Source: Bacteroidota bacterium
Lineage (GTDB): Bacteria > Bacteroidota > Bacteroidia > AKYH767-A > OLB10
NCBI GenBank assembly: GCA_016717725.1
Contig: JADKFA010000001.1
Coordinates: 200,437 to 264,436, forward strand
Direction of reading: 5' to 3'
DNA length: 64,000 nt
Shown here: piece after piece, positions 1-9,220 of the stretch
Layout of the letters: each line of letters opens with the position of its first letter
How positions within the stretch are numbered: the stretch's first letter is position 1
Program-made: the position numbers and the translations under genes
The notes under the pieces: model-generated
What the model was told of the DNA's origin: nothing
The model's database searches: none
What the model saw: the letters and a program-made list of their open reading frames with translations, nothing else

Positions 1-1
1 T

Positions 2-3000
2 GCTAAAATTGCAGGTGGCGCATCATTAGGATATTCTGCTCCTTCCCTTATCAACAACGGAACAATTGACTTGAGTTTTTTAAGTTATGCCGGTAGCACT
101 GACAATCAGACCATTTTTGGAAATGGAACCATTAGTCAATTGATCACATTCAATAGTAGCTTTGGTATTTACTTAGGTGGCAATTTGACCATTTCTAATA
201 CCCTCAATTTTAATTATGGAAATTTAAATACTGGAATTTACAAAGTAATTATTCAACCTAGTGCAACCATTCAAAACAACTCAGGAACTGATTGGTTTGT
301 TAATGGAAACTTAGAAATGATTTTTCCGGTAGGTTCTTACGGATTAAATTATAGAGTTGGAGATGCCTCTGGATATAGACCTGTTCAATTAACCTTACAA
401 AATAATACTACCCAAGGTGGAGTTGTTGTTTCTACAACCAATACCGAACATCCTGATGTTGCCAATGTAAATATTAATCCTTCGAAAAGTGTAAATCGTT
501 TTTGGACATTTGCGAATAATGGTGTTAGTTTTTCTAATGCTTTTGCAGGATTTAGTTGGGATCCAACAGAACTTGATGCAGGCGTAATTTCTGGAAATTT
601 AATTGTCGGAAAAAAAGACGGCTCTACATGGACATATCCTCAAGTGACTTCTACCTCTTCAACATTTATATCAATAGCTGGAATTTCCTCATTTAGTGAA
701 TTTGCGGTGGGCGAACCACTTGTTTTTACTGATATTGATGTAATAGGAACCTTTGGTCCTTTTTGTTCCGGCGATGCTTTCTCCATTCCATTTACTGCAA
801 CAGGAATATTTAATCCAGGAAATATTTTTACTGCTTACTTAAGTGATGAAAACGGAGGATTTGGTTTGCAAAATGCAATTGGATCAGTTCCAGGTACTGG
901 ATCGGGAATAATTAGTGCTACTCTCCCTCCTTTTATTTCTGGCACTGGATATAGAATTCGAGTTGAAAGTGATAATCCTTCATTTATCAGTGACGATAAT
1001 GGCTCTGATATCATCATTAATCCTAGTATTAATTATTATGCAGATACTGATCAGGATGGATATGGTGATTTGGCAGTAACGCAAACATCATGTATTGGAA
1101 ATCCTCCAGGTTATGTACTTGACAATACAGATTGTGATGATAACAATTCATTAATTTCAACTATCAATCCTATTCTGTTAACTGACGGTGATCCTTTAGT
1201 AAATTGTTTAAATGATAGTCTTGAATTAAGTGTTGCCCAATTAATCGATCAACGATTTGTTTCGGCGGTGATTGATTTCAGTAGCGAAAATCCAGGTGCG
1301 GCATTTTCCTCTGGCCCATTTGCAGCGGATCAAATTATTGGAAGTCCAAATTTTTATCCGAATTATGGAAATAGTTCAGATGCTTGGAATCCCTATTCAG
1401 AAGATGATCAACGAGAATACATTGTTGTTTCATTTACTAATCCTGCCCCAATTAACTTCATCGATATTTATGAGACGAACCATCCAGGATCTGTTGATAC
1501 AGTTTATATCAAAAACCCGAATACACAATTATGGGAAATTGTATATTCAAATACAGCAAGCAGTAATTTAAACAATGCCTACAAATTACACATAAGCTTT
1601 CCACTGACTTTATTTGCTGTTTCTGAAGTGCGGGTTGCTATGAATTCGCCTCTTACAATTGGAAGGAATGAAATTGATGCTATTGGTATTGGAGAAATTG
1701 CACCATTTGCTTTTACTACTTATAGTTGGTCGAACTATTCTACTACACCCACTATATTTGTTACAGCAGCGGGAAACCACAATGTAACAGTTCAATATGG
1801 ATCATGTAATGTAACAAGTAGTGACCTCGCTATTTCCTATAATCCATCAACGCAAGTTCAGTACTTCAACGATTATGATGGAGATGGATATGGAGATCCG
1901 AATTTAAGTTATTATTCCTGCAATCCAATAAATTATTACGTCACCAACAATACAGATTGTGATGATTACAATATTTCAATAAATCCTGGAGCTACTGAAA
2001 TTTGTCAAAACCAAATTGATGACAACTGCGACAATATCGTTGATAATGCCGAATTGCAATTTCCTCCTATGATTACTTATAACGGATCATTAACACTTCC
2101 TTCATGTACTTCGGGCTCTATGGTGTTAGGTGTTGCCGAGGTAACTGATTTACGTTATGCCAGCAGCGTTATAAACTTTAGCAGTGAATATTCTCCATTT
2201 TCATGGTCTGCACAAGCTATTTTAGGCACTCCAAATGTTCCTACATACAATGACGATCCAAATGCTTGGTCTGGCTCAACAGAAAATAATGTAAGAGAAT
2301 TTATTGAGATTGCTTTTGACAATCCAGCACCAATTAACTTTATTAATATACATCAAACTTTTACTCCTGGAAGTATTGATACTGTCTATATTAAAAATCC
2401 AAATACACAATTATTTGAAGTGGTTTATACTAATACAGCTGGACCACAAGAAGGTGTACTAACTGTGTTAAATATTACCTTTCCAACAACATCCTTTAAT
2501 GTTTCGGAAGTAAGATTAGCATTAAATACACCAGCTGCACCAGGATGGAATGAAATAGACGCTGTAGGAATAGGATTATCTGCATCAACTACCTTCGACT
2601 CCTATCTTTGGTCAAATGGATCCTCTTCTAGTACCATTTATGTAAACTCAACCAATGACTATTTTGTTGATGTAACATTAAATGGATGTAGTGCTACGAG
2701 CAATACCGTTTCGGTTACAAATCCCGTCTTAATTGCAGGACAAGAATTTACTGCCAATGCCTGTTTCGGTATGCCATCAACGTTATATGCTTCTCCAAAC
2801 TTTATTAGTTACGTTTGGAGCAACGGAGACAGTACTCAATCAACAGTAATTAATCCTAGCACTGACTCAACTTATTCAGTAATAGCAACCGATTCATATG
2901 GTTGTACCTATGCTGATACCGTTTTTGTTAATTTAGATGATCCATTTGTATTTAGTTATTTAACGATAACCAATGCAGATTGTTTTGGTCAAGTTGGAGG

Positions 3001-6000
3001 TGTTGTTGATGCTGGAACATTTGAAGGCGGCGGTGGTGAAGTTATTCCAGAGGGCATATACGACGATTACAATTTATATGGCAACAACTACGCACAAGGA
3101 AATAACACTGGAATTTTCGAAAATTTAATTCCAGGAACATATACTCTAACCTATAATGACAACGGATGTATTTATGATTCTACTTTTGTTGTTGGCCAAG
3201 ATGCGACTCCAAATGCTACTATAACTTCATCGAGTTTACTATGTCCCGATTTAGGTTCTACTGATTTGAGTGTAGACTCCGTAGCAGGTTCAACATTTTA
3301 TTGGTTACCTGGAAATGAAACTACAAGTACCATTACAATTACCACTCCCGGAACTTATTATGTTGAAGTAATTAACCAGTCTTGCTATGCAACTGATTCA
3401 ATTGTGATTGTACTTGAAACATCGCCTTGCATCATACCCGGATACGAACCTCCTGCAAATGGCGCTGTTCCCAATTTGATTGGCGCTGAACTTTTTCAAT
3501 TAGCGAATGGAACTAATGTTGCAGATACAATTACCGAAAACAATACAGTGTTTTTATTGGATAGTACAGAAGTGTTTATAGAAATAATATGCGAATTCGG
3601 GCAACATGATAGCGTATACGCTTTAATGCAAACGCCTAATTATGGAATGAATAGTTTCATTGACAATGGAGACACTACTTTCATTATTACAGGAATGATT
3701 CCGATTGTTAACTTACCGAAACTAGATTCTCTTCCTTCACTTATTAACTACGTTCGACCTTATTATCCACCACTTGTAAGTAGTCAAGCGGTTGTTAACT
3801 CGATTAACACGGGCTTAACCAAAACCCAAGGTGATAAAGCGATGCGTTCGGACACCGCTAGTTTAGCTTGGGATGTTTATGGTGATGGAATAAAAATTGG
3901 AGTTATATCTGATAGCTACAATACACTTTTCGGAGATCCAGCTGGCACCGATTTATTGAATGGAGATTTACCGGGAGTAGGAAATCCTAATTACACTACA
4001 CCTGTTGAAATAGTTCAAGAATACCCTTATGGAAGAAGAACCGATGAAGGGCGAGCGATGTTACAAATCATACATGACATAGCACCTAAAGCTACCTTAG
4101 CATTTCACACGGGGTTTGTGAGTGCAGGAAATTTTGCGGAGGGAATTGCTGCATTAGATAGTATAGGTTGTGATGTTATTGTTGATGATGTAACTTATAT
4201 AACAGAACCTTTCTTTGACGATGGTGTAGTATCCAAAGCTGTAGATAAGGTGGTAGAAAATGGAACCACCTATATTTCTGCTGCAGGTAATTTTGGTACT
4301 GCTTCTTACGAAGGGATTTTTTCACCTACAGCTGCACCTGCAGGATACACGGGAACAGCTCATAATTTTGGCGGTGGTGATATCTATCAAAATATAAATT
4401 TAAAAGCTGGTACCTATACCATCGCTCTGCAATGGCAAGATTCTATTTATTCATTAGGACAATTGCCTGGAGTAGTAAACGACCTCGATATTTATTTAAT
4501 TGACAATGCTGGCAATCGTTTATTTGGTTTCAACAGAAATAATATTTGGGGAGATCCATTAGAAATTCTTCCCTTCGTTGTGAATGGAAACACGAATGCA
4601 AACATTATGATCACACGTAAATGGGGATCACAAAATGTGAAATTCAAATATGTAATTTTCCGTGGAGATGCAACCATCAATGAATATGCAAATGGTGGAT
4701 CAACTGTAGTTGGACAACCCAATGCAGCAGGTGCTATTGCCGTTGGTGCGGTTTTATATACGAATACACCTGCATTTGGTGTAAGTCAACCATCTGCAGC
4801 TTCATTCTCCTCTAGAGGAGGAGTAGAAGTAAAAGGAGCGGTAAGACAAAAGCCCGATATTATGGCACCGAACGGAGTAAACACGACAGTTTATTTAGGT
4901 GGACAAAATATTGACGGAGATTTATTTCCAAATTTCTTTGGAACATCAGCAGCTGCACCACATATTGCAGCGGTAGCAGCATTACTTCAAGAAGCGAATA
5001 AGAAATTCTCGGGAGTAGAACTCAGCCCTGCACAAATGAAATCGACTTTATTGAATACCACATTGAACATGTATGATCCAGGGTATGATGTAATTTCTGG
5101 ATTTGGATTTGTGCAACCCGACTCTGCCTTAATAACGCTTGGCCGACCACAACCGATTGCACTTAACAGATACTTGCAAGACTCCTTACTTACACCTGGT
5201 GTAGATACTGTTGAAGTATTGGTTGTAGGGAAGTTTATAAGTGAAGATGCAAAAGTTATATTTAGATATGACACTTTACCAACTACTGTTATCAATCAAG
5301 GACTACTCAGTGTAATTATTCCTCCTTTTGTAGGGAATCCACCATTAAGAATATACAATCCGCCTGCTTCTCTTACTGGATTAGATGGTGGTGCTTCTTC
5401 TGATAGCTTATATTTATTGGGGACACAAGCCATCAATGTTGTGATCACAGCGAACAATGCAATCAAGAAATATGGTGAACAATTACCTGCATTTAGTGCT
5501 ACCATTTCGATTGATGGACAGGATCTATCCAGCACTTCACTTACGCTTGCTGATTTAGGATTAGAAAACAACATTACATTTACTAGCTCTGCAACCAGCA
5601 GCAGTAATACTGGATTGTATTTTATACGTCCTGCATCTGATGTTACGAATTTATCATTACCCGCTTCTCAACTCTTAGCTGCTACTTACAACTATCAGTT
5701 TGATGATGGTGTTTTATCGGTACAAAAAATGCCTTTAGTTATAAAACCGAATGATACTACCATTACTTATGGAGATTTAATCGAAAATTTAAACTTCACG
5801 TATACTTATCCGGACGGTATGATAACGCTTTCGGAAAAAGTTGCCTTTGCCAATGAAATTAAAGCAGCTCATGAACTTGATTTAGCCAGTGAGGTTGCCT
5901 TAGTAGATGCACGAGCGTTAGTAAATGGAAGAGCGTTAGTAAATGCGGATATCGATCAATTAAGTTGCATGGCCAGTGCTCGAGCATTAGTAAATGCACG

Positions 6001-8107
6001 TGCACTCGTTAACGCAAGAGCATTGGTGAATGGATCCTATGTATTAGACACAAACCATGTGGTAGATGTTGCAGTAGCTTCTGTATTCAATTACCAAGAT
6101 GATAATGACACCACCGTTTTAGTTAATGCACGAGCGTTAGTAAACGGCAGAGCACTTGTAAATGCACGTGCTCTTGTAAATGGCCGAGCATTGGTGAATG
6201 GAAGAGCGCTTGTTAATGCAAGAGCTTTAGTAAACGGAAGAGCTTTAGTGAATGGTGAAACAGTTGCCGATGAAAATGACGAAGACATGTTTATTATTAT
6301 TGACGAAGATGATATTTCAGCTCCTGTTGACGATTCACTTACTTTCAATTCTATCAATTTAATTACAGGAATGGAAGTGGGAGTACATTCAATTGTTCCA
6401 GGCGCATTACTCAACGAAAACTTCGACATCAGCTATGAATTAGGTGTCCTAACTATTGTTCCTGCTGAATTAACATTTACTGCCGATGATCAATATGTAT
6501 CCTGTGATGGTATTGCAGATCCATTTACTCATACAGTTGAAGGATATCGTTACCAAGATGTAGATAGTAATTTGGTAATTTCAGGACCAACCTATGAAAT
6601 ACTAAATGCATTAAATGTTCCGGTTCCACCAACAGGAATTGCTCCAGGACTTTATTCCATCGTTCCATCGAATGTAAACATGGTACAACCATCAAATTAT
6701 ATTGTAAACTATGTGAATGGCGAAATGATAAGTGGAGCATCTCCTATTGTTCTTGTAACACCAGGACCTGTTGCTATTAGCGGTGGCATAGCTCAAGGAT
6801 GCGTTCCGGGAGTTGCAGGATCTAGAAGCTTCTCCATTCCATCTTTCCCTGAAGCTGATACTTATTTATGGACTGTTCCTACAGGTTGTACCATTACAGC
6901 TGGACAAGGAACCAACTCCATTGTAATAAGCTGGACCAATGTGGCTATACAAAATGGAATCGCGGGAAATATTTGCGTGAAGGGAGTGGATTCATGTGCT
7001 GAGAGTGTTTCGGCTTGTTTACCGCTCGAATTTCAAGTGGCAGCTCCCGTAACCCCACCTTCTATCTCTGGACCAAGTAAAAACTGTTCTGGCGATGTTG
7101 CAACCTATAGCATTGCTAATGTTGCACGAGCATCGAGTTATATTTGGAGTCCGCCAGCAGGTGTACAAATAGTAAGTGGACAAGGAACCAATATTATCAC
7201 TGCTCAATTCTTATCCAATTATGCTGGTGGGTCATTAACCGTAAAAGGTTCTAATATTTGTGGAGATAGTCCAGTTCGTATTAAGACACTTACTCTAAAC
7301 GTTCCTTCTGCACCGAGTGTAATATCAGGAGCTGCATCTGGCCTTTGCAATTTGAATGATGTTGTTTATACCATCACTCCAATTGTTGGTGCAACTTCAT
7401 ATAGTTGGAATGCTGGAGCAGGAACTATTGTGTCGGGAGCAGGATCCAATTCTATCCATGTAAATTTTGGTAATTTCACTACTAGTAGTATCTCTGTAAA
7501 AGCAATAAACAACTGCGGAGAAAGCACCACTCGTATCTTGAATATTACAGGAAAACCTGCCATTGCGAGTCCTATTTCGGGTATCAGCAATTTAATTTGC
7601 ACAAACAGTGTTGGCAACTATAGTGTTGCAACCGTAACAGGTGCATCCAGCTACAATTGGTCAACCTCTACGGGAGGAAGTGTTACGGCTGGTCAAGGCA
7701 CTAAAAATGTTACTATACAATGGTCAAATATTGCTTATGTAAATCAAAGTGTATCTGTAACCACAACGAACAGTTGCGGAACGAGTCCAATACGAACTTA
7801 CTCAGGAATTACCATGTACAATTGTGCTAAGATCGATGACGATGCTACAAGTTTGCAATTATTAGTTTATCCAAATCCTACTCAAGAAATTGTAAATGTG
7901 CAATTCTATGCAGAGAAAGAAGGTGAATATATCATACGTTTGGTTGACAACATTGGTCGTACATTAATTACTAAAACTGGAAATGCTATTAACGGTGTAA
8001 ATACGGCGATAGTAAATACCGATGGGTTTGCAAAAGGAGTTTATCATGTAAGCATTGTGATGAATGAAAAACAGCAGCAGATTATCTTGTTAAGAAGAAA
8101 GAATTAA
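2..8107 (+). CDS. Giant secreted multidomain surface protein, 5'-partial (the reading frame is open from base 2; the first in-window start, TTG at 71, is probably internal). It contains MopE-like Cys/Asp-rich metal-binding motifs (DCDDYNISINPGATEICQNQIDDNCDN), SprB-like repeat (GTYTLTYNDNGC), a central subtilisin-like S8 peptidase module (GTSAAAPHIAAVAALL), two blocks of [A/G]RALVN hexapeptide repeats, PKD-like repeats (SYxW...GQGTNxI) and a C-terminal T9SS sorting domain (LLVYPNPTQEIVNVQFYAEKEGEYIIRLVDNIGR...)
   Basis: ORF track 71..8107, with sense codons and no stop from position 2 upstream. The S8 active-site serine motif GTSAAAP and the T9SS C-terminal domain consensus were recognised by eye. 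Confidence 0.8.
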   Translation, partial: AKIAGGASLGYSAPSLINNGTIDLSFLSYAGSTDNQTIFGNGTISQLITFNSSFGIYLGGNLTISNTLNFNYGNLNTGIYKVIIQPSATIQNNSGTDWFVNGNLEMIFPVGSYGLNYRVGDASGYRPVQLTLQNNTTQGGVVVSTTNTEHPDVANVNINPSKSVNRFWTFANNGVSFSNAFAGFSWDPTELDAGVISGNLIVGKKDGSTWTYPQVTSTSSTFISIAGISSFSEFAVGEPLVFTDIDVIGTFGPFCSGDAFSIPFTATGIFNPGNIFTAYLSDENGGFGLQNAIGSVPGTGSGIISATLPPFISGTGYRIRVESDNPSFISDDNGSDIIINPSINYYADTDQDGYGDLAVTQTSCIGNPPGYVLDNTDCDDNNSLISTINPILLTDGDPLVNCLNDSLELSVAQLIDQRFVSAVIDFSSENPGAAFSSGPFAADQIIGSPNFYPNYGNSSDAWNPYSEDDQREYIVVSFTNPAPINFIDIYETNHPGSVDTVYIKNPNTQLWEIVYSNTASSNLNNAYKLHISFPLTLFAVSEVRVAMNSPLTIGRNEIDAIGIGEIAPFAFTTYSWSNYSTTPTIFVTAAGNHNVTVQYGSCNVTSSDLAISYNPSTQVQYFNDYDGDGYGDPNLSYYSCNPINYYVTNNTDCDDYNISINPGATEICQNQIDDNCDNIVDNAELQFPPMITYNGSLTLPSCTSGSMVLGVAEVTDLRYASSVINFSSEYSPFSWSAQAILGTPNVPTYNDDPNAWSGSTENNVREFIEIAFDNPAPINFINIHQTFTPGSIDTVYIKNPNTQLFEVVYTNTAGPQEGVLTVLNITFPTTSFNVSEVRLALNTPAAPGWNEIDAVGIGLSASTTFDSYLWSNGSSSSTIYVNSTNDYFVDVTLNGCSATSNTVSVTNPVLIAGQEFTANACFGMPSTLYASPNFISYVWSNGDSTQSTVINPSTDSTYSVIATDSYGCTYADTVFVNLDDPFVFSYLTITNADCFGQVGGVVDAGTFEGGGGEVIPEGIYDDYNLYGNNYAQGNNTGIFENLIPGTYTLTYNDNGCIYDSTFVVGQDATPNATITSSSLLCPDLGSTDLSVDSVAGSTFYWLPGNETTSTITITTPGTYYVEVINQSCYATDSIVIVLETSPCIIPGYEPPANGAVPNLIGAELFQLANGTNVADTITENNTVFLLDSTEVFIEIICEFGQHDSVYALMQTPNYGMNSFIDNGDTTFIITGMIPIVNLPKLDSLPSLINYVRPYYPPLVSSQAVVNSINTGLTKTQGDKAMRSDTASLAWDVYGDGIKIGVISDSYNTLFGDPAGTDLLNGDLPGVGNPNYTTPVEIVQEYPYGRRTDEGRAMLQIIHDIAPKATLAFHTGFVSAGNFAEGIAALDSIGCDVIVDDVTYITEPFFDDGVVSKAVDKVVENGTTYISAAGNFGTASYEGIFSPTAAPAGYTGTAHNFGGGDIYQNINLKAGTYTIALQWQDSIYSLGQLPGVVNDLDIYLIDNAGNRLFGFNRNNIWGDPLEILPFVVNGNTNANIMITRKWGSQNVKFKYVIFRGDATINEYANGGSTVVGQPNAAGAIAVGAVLYTNTPAFGVSQPSAASFSSRGGVEVKGAVRQKPDIMAPNGVNTTVYLGGQNIDGDLFPNFFGTSAAAPHIAAVAALLQEANKKFSGVELSPAQMKSTLLNTTLNMYDPGYDVISGFGFVQPDSALITLGRPQPIALNRYLQDSLLTPGVDTVEVLVVGKFISEDAKVIFRYDTLPTTVINQGLLSVIIPPFVGNPPLRIYNPPASLTGLDGGASSDSLYLLGTQAINVVITANNAIKKYGEQLPAFSATISIDGQDLSSTSLTLADLGLENNITFTSSATSSSNTGLYFIRPASDVTNLSLPASQLLAATYNYQFDDGVLSVQKMPLVIKPNDTTITYGDLIENLNFTYTYPDGMITLSEKVAFANEIKAAHELDLASEVALVDARALVNGRALVNADIDQLSCMASARALVNARALVNARALVNGSYVLDTNHVVDVAVASVFNYQDDNDTTVLVNARALVNGRALVNARALVNGRALVNGRALVNARALVNGRALVNGETVADENDEDMFIIIDEDDISAPVDDSLTFNSINLITGMEVGVHSIVPGALLNENFDISYELGVLTIVPAELTFTADDQYVSCDGIADPFTHTVEGYRYQDVDSNLVISGPTYEILNALNVPVPPTGIAPGLYSIVPSNVNMVQPSNYIVNYVNGEMISGASPIVLVTPGPVAISGGIAQGCVPGVAGSRSFSIPSFPEADTYLWTVPTGCTITAGQGTNSIVISWTNVAIQNGIAGNICVKGVDSCAESVSACLPLEFQVAAPVTPPSISGPSKNCSGDVATYSIANVARASSYIWSPPAGVQIVSGQGTNIITAQFLSNYAGGSLTVKGSNICGDSPVRIKTLTLNVPSAPSVISGAASGLCNLNDVVYTITPIVGATSYSWNAGAGTIVSGAGSNSIHVNFGNFTTSSISVKAINNCGESTTRILNITGKPAIASPISGISNLICTNSVGNYSVATVTGASSYNWSTSTGGSVTAGQGTKNVTIQWSNIAYVNQSVSVTTTNSCGTSPIRTYSGITMYNCAKIDDDATSLQLLVYPNPTQEIVNVQFYAEKEGEYIIRLVDNIGRTLITKTGNAINGVNTAIVNTDGFAKGVYHVSIVMNEKQQQIILLRRKN
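5906..6258 (+). repeat. In-frame 18-nt tandem repeat (GCN CGN GCN YTN GTN AAY) inside the giant CDS, encoding ARALVN/GRALVN hexapeptides in blocks of 2, 3 and 7 or 8 copies. Third codon positions are degenerate, so the protein repeat is conserved rather than the DNA.
   Basis: Read directly from the sequence and the translation VDARALVNGRALVNADID...ARALVNARALVNARALVNG...NARALVNGRALVNARALVNGRALVNGRALVNARALVNGRALVNGETV. Confidence 0.9.
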
Positions 8108-8135
8108 GAATTAAGAATTAAGAATTAAGAATTAA
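8101..8135. repeat. (GAATTAA)x5 heptanucleotide tandem repeat. The TAA stop of the giant gene lies inside the first unit.
   Basis: gaattaagaattaagaattaagaattaagaattaa read directly. Confidence 0.95.
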
Positions 8136-8173
8136 GCCCTGAAGCAGAGTAAACACGCTTCAGGGCTTTTTTT
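8136..8173 (+). terminator. Rho-independent terminator hairpin (gccctgaagc-N11-gcttcagggc) followed by T7.
   Basis: Perfect 10-bp inverted repeat plus a T run immediately after the repeat and stop; it sits between convergent genes. Confidence 0.85.
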
Positions 8174-8179
8174 GTGGAC

Positions 8180-9081
8180 TTATTTTTTCCATGATTGCAC
8201 GGCTCGATCATCACCTGCAGAAAGCAGTGTTCCGTCATCCAACCACAATAATTTATTAACTGAGTTGATATGTCCTTTTCCATCATTACCTTCTAGTCTT
8301 TCCAACACAGAAAGTGAATTGTAATCCCATATCTTTACCGATTTATCTCTACTGGCTGTAGCAAAATAATTTCCAGTAGGATCAAAAGCAATATCATAAA
8401 TGGCGTAATTGTGCGCAGGAATAGATGAGATCAATTCATAGTTGTTCAACTGAAAAATATTTAAATGTGCATCTCTCGATCCGCTTAATAATTTTGTTTC
8501 ATCGGGCGACAAACACAGTGCATTTACAGAAAAATCCAAACCATGAGCTTGAAAACGATGTGTTATTTCAAGTAATGGCAATGACAATTCAACAATACTT
8601 CCATCTCCACAACCGATAAAGACTTTATCCTGCCGATTATTGATTACAATTGCTCTCAACTTTTTTTCACTCAGTCGAATTCGTTGAATCACTTCAAAGC
8701 TTTGATCGCTTAGAATACATAGAATTCCATCTCCACCCAACGTAAAAATTAAATTATGTTTAATACTTGACAGTAAACCAAACAGGGCTTGATCATGCAA
8801 CTTTAATAATCGTTCTTCTTTGTTTTCTGTTAAATCAATGATGTGTACGCCACCGTTACCTTGTCCGATGAGCAATCGATTTTGCTCTGGCAGAAAATGC
8901 ATACAATAAATAGAATCGGTTGCTTTTGCAATCAAATTCCCATCACCGGGATGATGGAGGTTCCATTGAGCGACAATCTTATCTCCCGCACCACTATAAA
9001 AATACCCTCACCTTGACCTTTTACAAGCGCATAAATGGAACCCTGATGACCGGCAAAACGATGTTGAAACTGTAGATGCAT
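8180..9081 (-). CDS. WD40-repeat protein, about 300 aa. The N-terminal 28 codons (MHLQFQHRFAGHQGSIYALVKGQGEGIF, ATG at 9081) are in a different frame from the 8180..8935 ORF. One extra A in the A5 run at 9003-9007 would fuse them (GIF-YSGAGDKIVAQWNL...).
   Basis: WD dipeptides and the repeat architecture (KIWDY, QSWKK, FAGHQGSIYAL); manual three-frame reading across 8935-9081. Confidence 0.7.
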
Positions 9082-9220
9082 AGGTGCAAAAGTAAAGGAA
9101 ATACAAATCAATAGTTGAATTGTCCAATTAATAAAAATCGAAAGAACTATTTATTCATTTTACTGTGTATATTAAAAAAAATTATACTTTTAACTACTTA
9201 ATCTTCTAAATTTTAAAATC

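Noticed and set aside
835-1017. Numerous 60-120-aa ORFs from the six-frame track inside or antisense to the large genes (for example 835..1017, 1272..1571, 4492..4722, 6091..6429, 8425..8619, 9484..9756, 16157..16357, 19276..19593, 26476..26706, 46708..47016, 48120..48584, 58212..58409).
   Set aside because: They lie within or antisense to long, well-supported CDSs, have low-complexity or biased composition, and lack starts with plausible upstream signals. They are treated as spurious.
5906-6258. Interpreting the ARALVN array as a pentapeptide-repeat or ankyrin-type domain.
   Set aside because: The periodicity is strictly 6, not 5 or 33. No pentapeptide (A[DN]LxG) or ankyrin signature is present, so it is left as an unclassified hexapeptide repeat.
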